From positions 5,890,001 through 5,954,000 of the forward strand of contig CM022669.1 of the NCBI GenBank assembly GCA_012295275.1: 64,000 nt of DNA. Direction: 5' to 3'. A program made the translations under genes and the position numbers. Below the pieces are notes generated by a model. It had not been told where the DNA came from, did not search any database, and saw only the letters and a list, made by a program, of their open reading frames with translations. Source of the stretch: Chrysomallon squamiferum. Its lineage: Eukaryota > Animalia > Mollusca. Below, piece after piece: positions 52,263 through 64,000 of the stretch; the stretch's first letter is position 1, and each line of letters begins with the position of its first letter.

Positions 52263-53322
52263 GTTTTGGGGATATTATGAGAGAGACAAACACAGGAGGA
52301 AGTGACAAAGAGAACAACAAGTAAAAATAAAATATTGTCACGAGTCAAGTAATTTTATTTTTAATTTTATAACAAGTGTTTCATTTCCCGTTTTGTGCAG
52401 TCTTAAGAGCATTTTAGTGCTTGTGAGTGTGTTTCTCTCTATCTGTCTCTCCCTTTCTTTCTCTTTTTTGTTGTCTCTTTCTTTCTCTGTCTCTCTGTGT
52501 TTATGTATGTGTAAGTGTGTCTGTGTATGTCTGTGTTTTATGTGTGTTCCTACACAAACACATACATAAACATATATATATATATGTATATATGTTTATG
52601 TATGTGTGTGTGTGTTGTTAATTGTAGTTGTTTGAGATTGAAATCCACTTGAGATGTGAAACAGATCGAGTTGTAAAATGCTGGTTTAATTACATACTTC
52701 CTGATTCAACGACAGATAACACACCCTGCTTTTCTGAGTGTCACTTGGTCAAAGAGGCAGAACACTTGTGATATAATTTATTCACAAGATGAACATCTCA
52801 CCAATGAGACGAAGAATGACTCAAACACTGTTAAAAAAGAAGAAGGAAGAAAACCAAAGAAAAAAAATATTTTATTAAATTATTATAAATCTTCTTCATG
52901 ATATCATTATTATCATCAATACCATCATCATCATCACTATCACCATGATTAATAGTACAAAGCATATGGAAACTACCAATGTTTGAAACTGAATATCTAA
53001 ATATTTAATTAAGTTAAACATGCATTAACAACGACAATAGCCAAATGAAAACAAAAGCAGTAACACATACAAAAACGATTGTGACATTTACGAAAAAATC
53101 AGTTACTACCGCCATTAACTCTGTTTCCCGTTATATAAGTATTTACGACTACTACTGCAGGTATTTTCGTTACTACCACTACGACAGGTTCTACCACAAC
53201 CAGTACTGCAGCTACTTCTTTTACAGTTTCAATGACTACGACGTCTTATGCTGTTATTACTACTAAACCCGTATTATTTCTACAAAAACTATGAAAACTA
53301 CGCCATATACCACAACTAACGG

Positions 53323-53358
<36 letters not shown>

Positions 53359-53384
53359 TTGTGTGTGTGAGAATGTATGAAAAG

Positions 53385-53599
53385 AGCCATTATTTTTACC
53401 CTAGATAACTAATAATATTAAAGTACTGATGTTTCATTAAACATACAGTTACATCTACACATATCTATTTTTATTTATATTTCTTTGTTATTATTATCAT
53501 CATCATCATTATTATTATTGTTATTATTGTTTTGCAGCCCTGTACAGAAGTGCTGTTTCTAACAACTTTTTCATAACAGTTTAATTTCATTTGGCAATG

Positions 53600-53679
<80 letters not shown>

Positions 53680-54415
53680 ACTTGTTGTCACTTCTTATTT
53701 TTTTAGTGTTAACTTTTAATTGTTGATAAAGAATACTTTGTAGGTGGAATGTTTTTGTAACTGTTGCAATCATTTAGAGGTTTAAAAATCTTTTGTTGGA
53801 CGCTTATTTATTCATTTACATTTGTTTTAAATATAGAGTTGATTTTTAAATTGTTTCCTACTGTGGGCCCCCAGTGTTTGTTTGTCTTCTGCCCAGAATG
53901 ATGAAAAGTATAATTTTGATGACGTTTATATATATATATATATATATATATGCAATAGCGAGTAATATTAAACATATCTCATATTAGTAGAAATAGACTT
54001 TTAGTTTACAATGACATTTAACTATGTAAATGAATACTTCAGTCCAGGAGAATACAGGATTAAAAGATTCAGGAATAGCAAGGCAACTATAAATGACTTT
54101 GAAATCAAATATTGTTTATGACAAACTGAAATCCAATTTTAATTAGTACACATAAAGACTTACTATATGTCGTATGAAATGAGAATGAGAAAAAAGAAGA
54201 GAAGAAAAGATCATAGTGATTTTTATAACTTTTAAATAATATTTCCTGCTGTTATTTTTTTGTTTTTTTTTTGTATGGAAAACTCGCCAGTAATCTCAAT
54301 GTATCTGTGTCTGTTTTCTTTTCTGGTCATTCTTAGAAAGGACAGCCTCAGAGATGGCAAAAGATGTAAAAGAAACATTTGTAAAGCTTCATAATTACAC
54401 AAAGTTTATCTTGTA
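53385..54415 (+). pseudogene. Eroded duplicate fragments of IPO11 (start of exon 12, exons 21 and 22, flanking intron sequence)
   Basis: ~53400-53560 resembles 26210-26395 (TTTTGCAGCCCTGTACAGAAGTG); 53830-53921 resembles exon 31223-31318 with indels; 54030-54170 resembles intron 31430-31600; 54277-54370 resembles exon 31683-31796 with an internal deletion and a lost acceptor. Confidence 0.88.
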
Positions 54416-55032
54416 CTGTTATTATATACGTTTGTGTGTGTGTGTGTGTATGTATGCATATGTGTGTATATACCTATATGTATTCGTATGTAGTGTTTGT
54501 ATGTTTAAGTTTATGATTAGTAGTTACAATCTTCAAACAAAGAAGCTCATTAAGCGTCAAAAATTAATATATAGTTTTATTACAGAAGCAATTATAACGA
54601 GACAAATCTCAATATGATACACGTTTTCATCAGTCCACTGCAGTTTTCCTGGATATCATCTGTTTCTACCACCTCATATGAAATTGTTGTTCTCAGCTGT
54701 TGTACCCACATCAGTAGTGAAAGAATTCGTATGACTTTAAGATAACTAATTAAAATGATACTATAATAATATTTAAATGTAACGGACAAAGTGAAATTGC
54801 CATAGCGGCGTGCAAGAATGAATGTGGACTAAAATATGAAAGTTTTAACACAAGCAAGAAAGAAAAAGAAAAGTTATATAAACAAGAAACTATGTCACCC
54901 ATCTGATTGTACAAATAAAATATCAGGGAGTTTACAGTTAACAATTGTGTGATATTGTCATGACACAACAAAGAAACGACAAGGAAAATGTTTATACAAG
55001 GTTCCGGATATGATCTGTCATGTTTTTGTTTT

Positions 55033-62812
<7,780 letters not shown>

Positions 62813-62905
62813 CTGAAAAATAGAGCAGAACAGAACAAGACAAAAAATAGTTAAATGAAAATAAATAAATAAATAAATAAACAAAACAAAATAATAATAA
62901 TAATA

Positions 62906-62956
<51 letters not shown>

Positions 62957-62978
62957 TAATAATAATAATAATAGCCGT

Positions 62979-63178
62979 NNNNNNNNNNNNNNNNNNNNNN
63001 NNNNNNNNNNNNNNNNNNNNNNNNNNNNNNNNNNNNNNNNNNNNNNNNNNNNNNNNNNNNNNNNNNNNNNNNNNNNNNNNNNNNNNNNNNNNNNNNNNNN
63101 NNNNNNNNNNNNNNNNNNNNNNNNNNNNNNNNNNNNNNNNNNNNNNNNNNNNNNNNNNNNNNNNNNNNNNNNNNNNNN
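62979..63178. other. Assembly gap (200 N)
   Basis: Run of N between low-complexity repeats; true size unknown. Confidence 1.
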
Positions 63179-63413
63179 TTGCTATTACAACTACTATACC
63201 CATTTAATATTACTATGACTCCTGCTCAAGTTCTACTAACACTGCTTCAAATACTTATACTCCCCTAATACTCCTACTATTACTACTACCACAACTACTT
63301 CTGCTTCTGCTTAAACTTCTGCTACTTGTGCTACTAGCACAATTACTAGTATTGAAGAAATGGTTGACACATAATTCGCTCGTATAAACAAATTAGAAAA
63401 GATCATTACAAAC

Positions 63414-63559
63414 CTTGTGCACCAATCAACTCGGGTCCATCCTGGCTCTCCTCCAACACAAGTTCCATTTTCCACATCACGTGCAGAGTTAGAAACACAG
63501 TGACGTTCTGAACACTTCTTTCTACAGTTAACACCGTAATTAAAAACCTTCCTGACAAA
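63414..63559 (-). pseudogene. Frameshifted EGF-like exon of PTP copy 2
   Basis: Homolog of 46686-46832; reads VCQEGF-TAA (extra T), has Cys>Arg, a lost Cys and a further indel. A second decayed EGF remnant lies at ~63730-63860. Confidence 0.75.
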
Positions 63560-64000
63560 CTGAAATTAAACAAAAACAACATAGTAAAAAAATGCAGAAG
63601 AAACAAAATCATTAACAGATCAGTAAGAACATCGAAATAACTCCAAGAAAAATTACAAATAATAATTAATAATATATTCAGTATATAATAAATTGAAATA
63701 AATAAATAAACAAATTAAACTATGTTTTTGCATACAAACATGCTCCATTGTTTACATCAGTCTTAGAATTAGAAAACAATGACGTTTTCAACATGTTTTT
63801 TGCAGTTAGCACCGTAACAAAATCGTAATCAGACAAAACACTTCAGTATTGACCTTGCAGTCTGATTAGTATGTGTATGTTGACAACATTTAATAGTCGA
63901 TTTCTGTATTTTACATTTTTTTATTTTATAACGTAGAAATAGAATGTATATAAAGATATTTAAAACCTGCTGTATTTAGTAAACATATCCAGAATATTAC

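Noticed and set aside
52697-52827. Candidate non-coding upstream exon of PTP copy 1 (minus strand)
   Set aside because: It has AG/GT flanks, but the pyrimidine tract before the ATG exon has no AG acceptor; unsupported without transcripts.

Overview
AT-rich, microsatellite-laden animal genomic DNA with compact spliceosomal introns, probably molluscan and cephalopod-like (inference from composition and gene style only). Manual exon reconstruction with phase checks gives, in order: (1) the 3' part of an SLC27A/FATP fatty-acyl-CoA synthetase (+, 1-3979); (2) an unnamed ~464-aa protein (+, 6809-8964) whose N-terminus aligns by eye with a Sin3-type PAH domain and which carries an ALDLT CtBP-type motif; (3) a complete SLC30A5/ZnT5 (-, 10430-19806) with a GT-AG U12-type intron; (4) a complete head-to-head importin-11 (+, 20961-34496) with an apparent AT-AA U12-type intron, duplicated downstream U12 donors and two GC-AG introns; (5) a complete receptor-type tyrosine phosphatase with 9 intact and 2 dead EGF-like cassette exons, an intact D1 and a degenerate D2 (-, 36672-52262); (6) eroded IPO11 fragments (53385-54415) followed by a second, tandemly duplicated PTP copy running through a 200-N gap off the window end. 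No prokaryotic systems, CRISPR arrays or confident RNA genes were found. All family assignments are by-eye motif recognition, not database searches.
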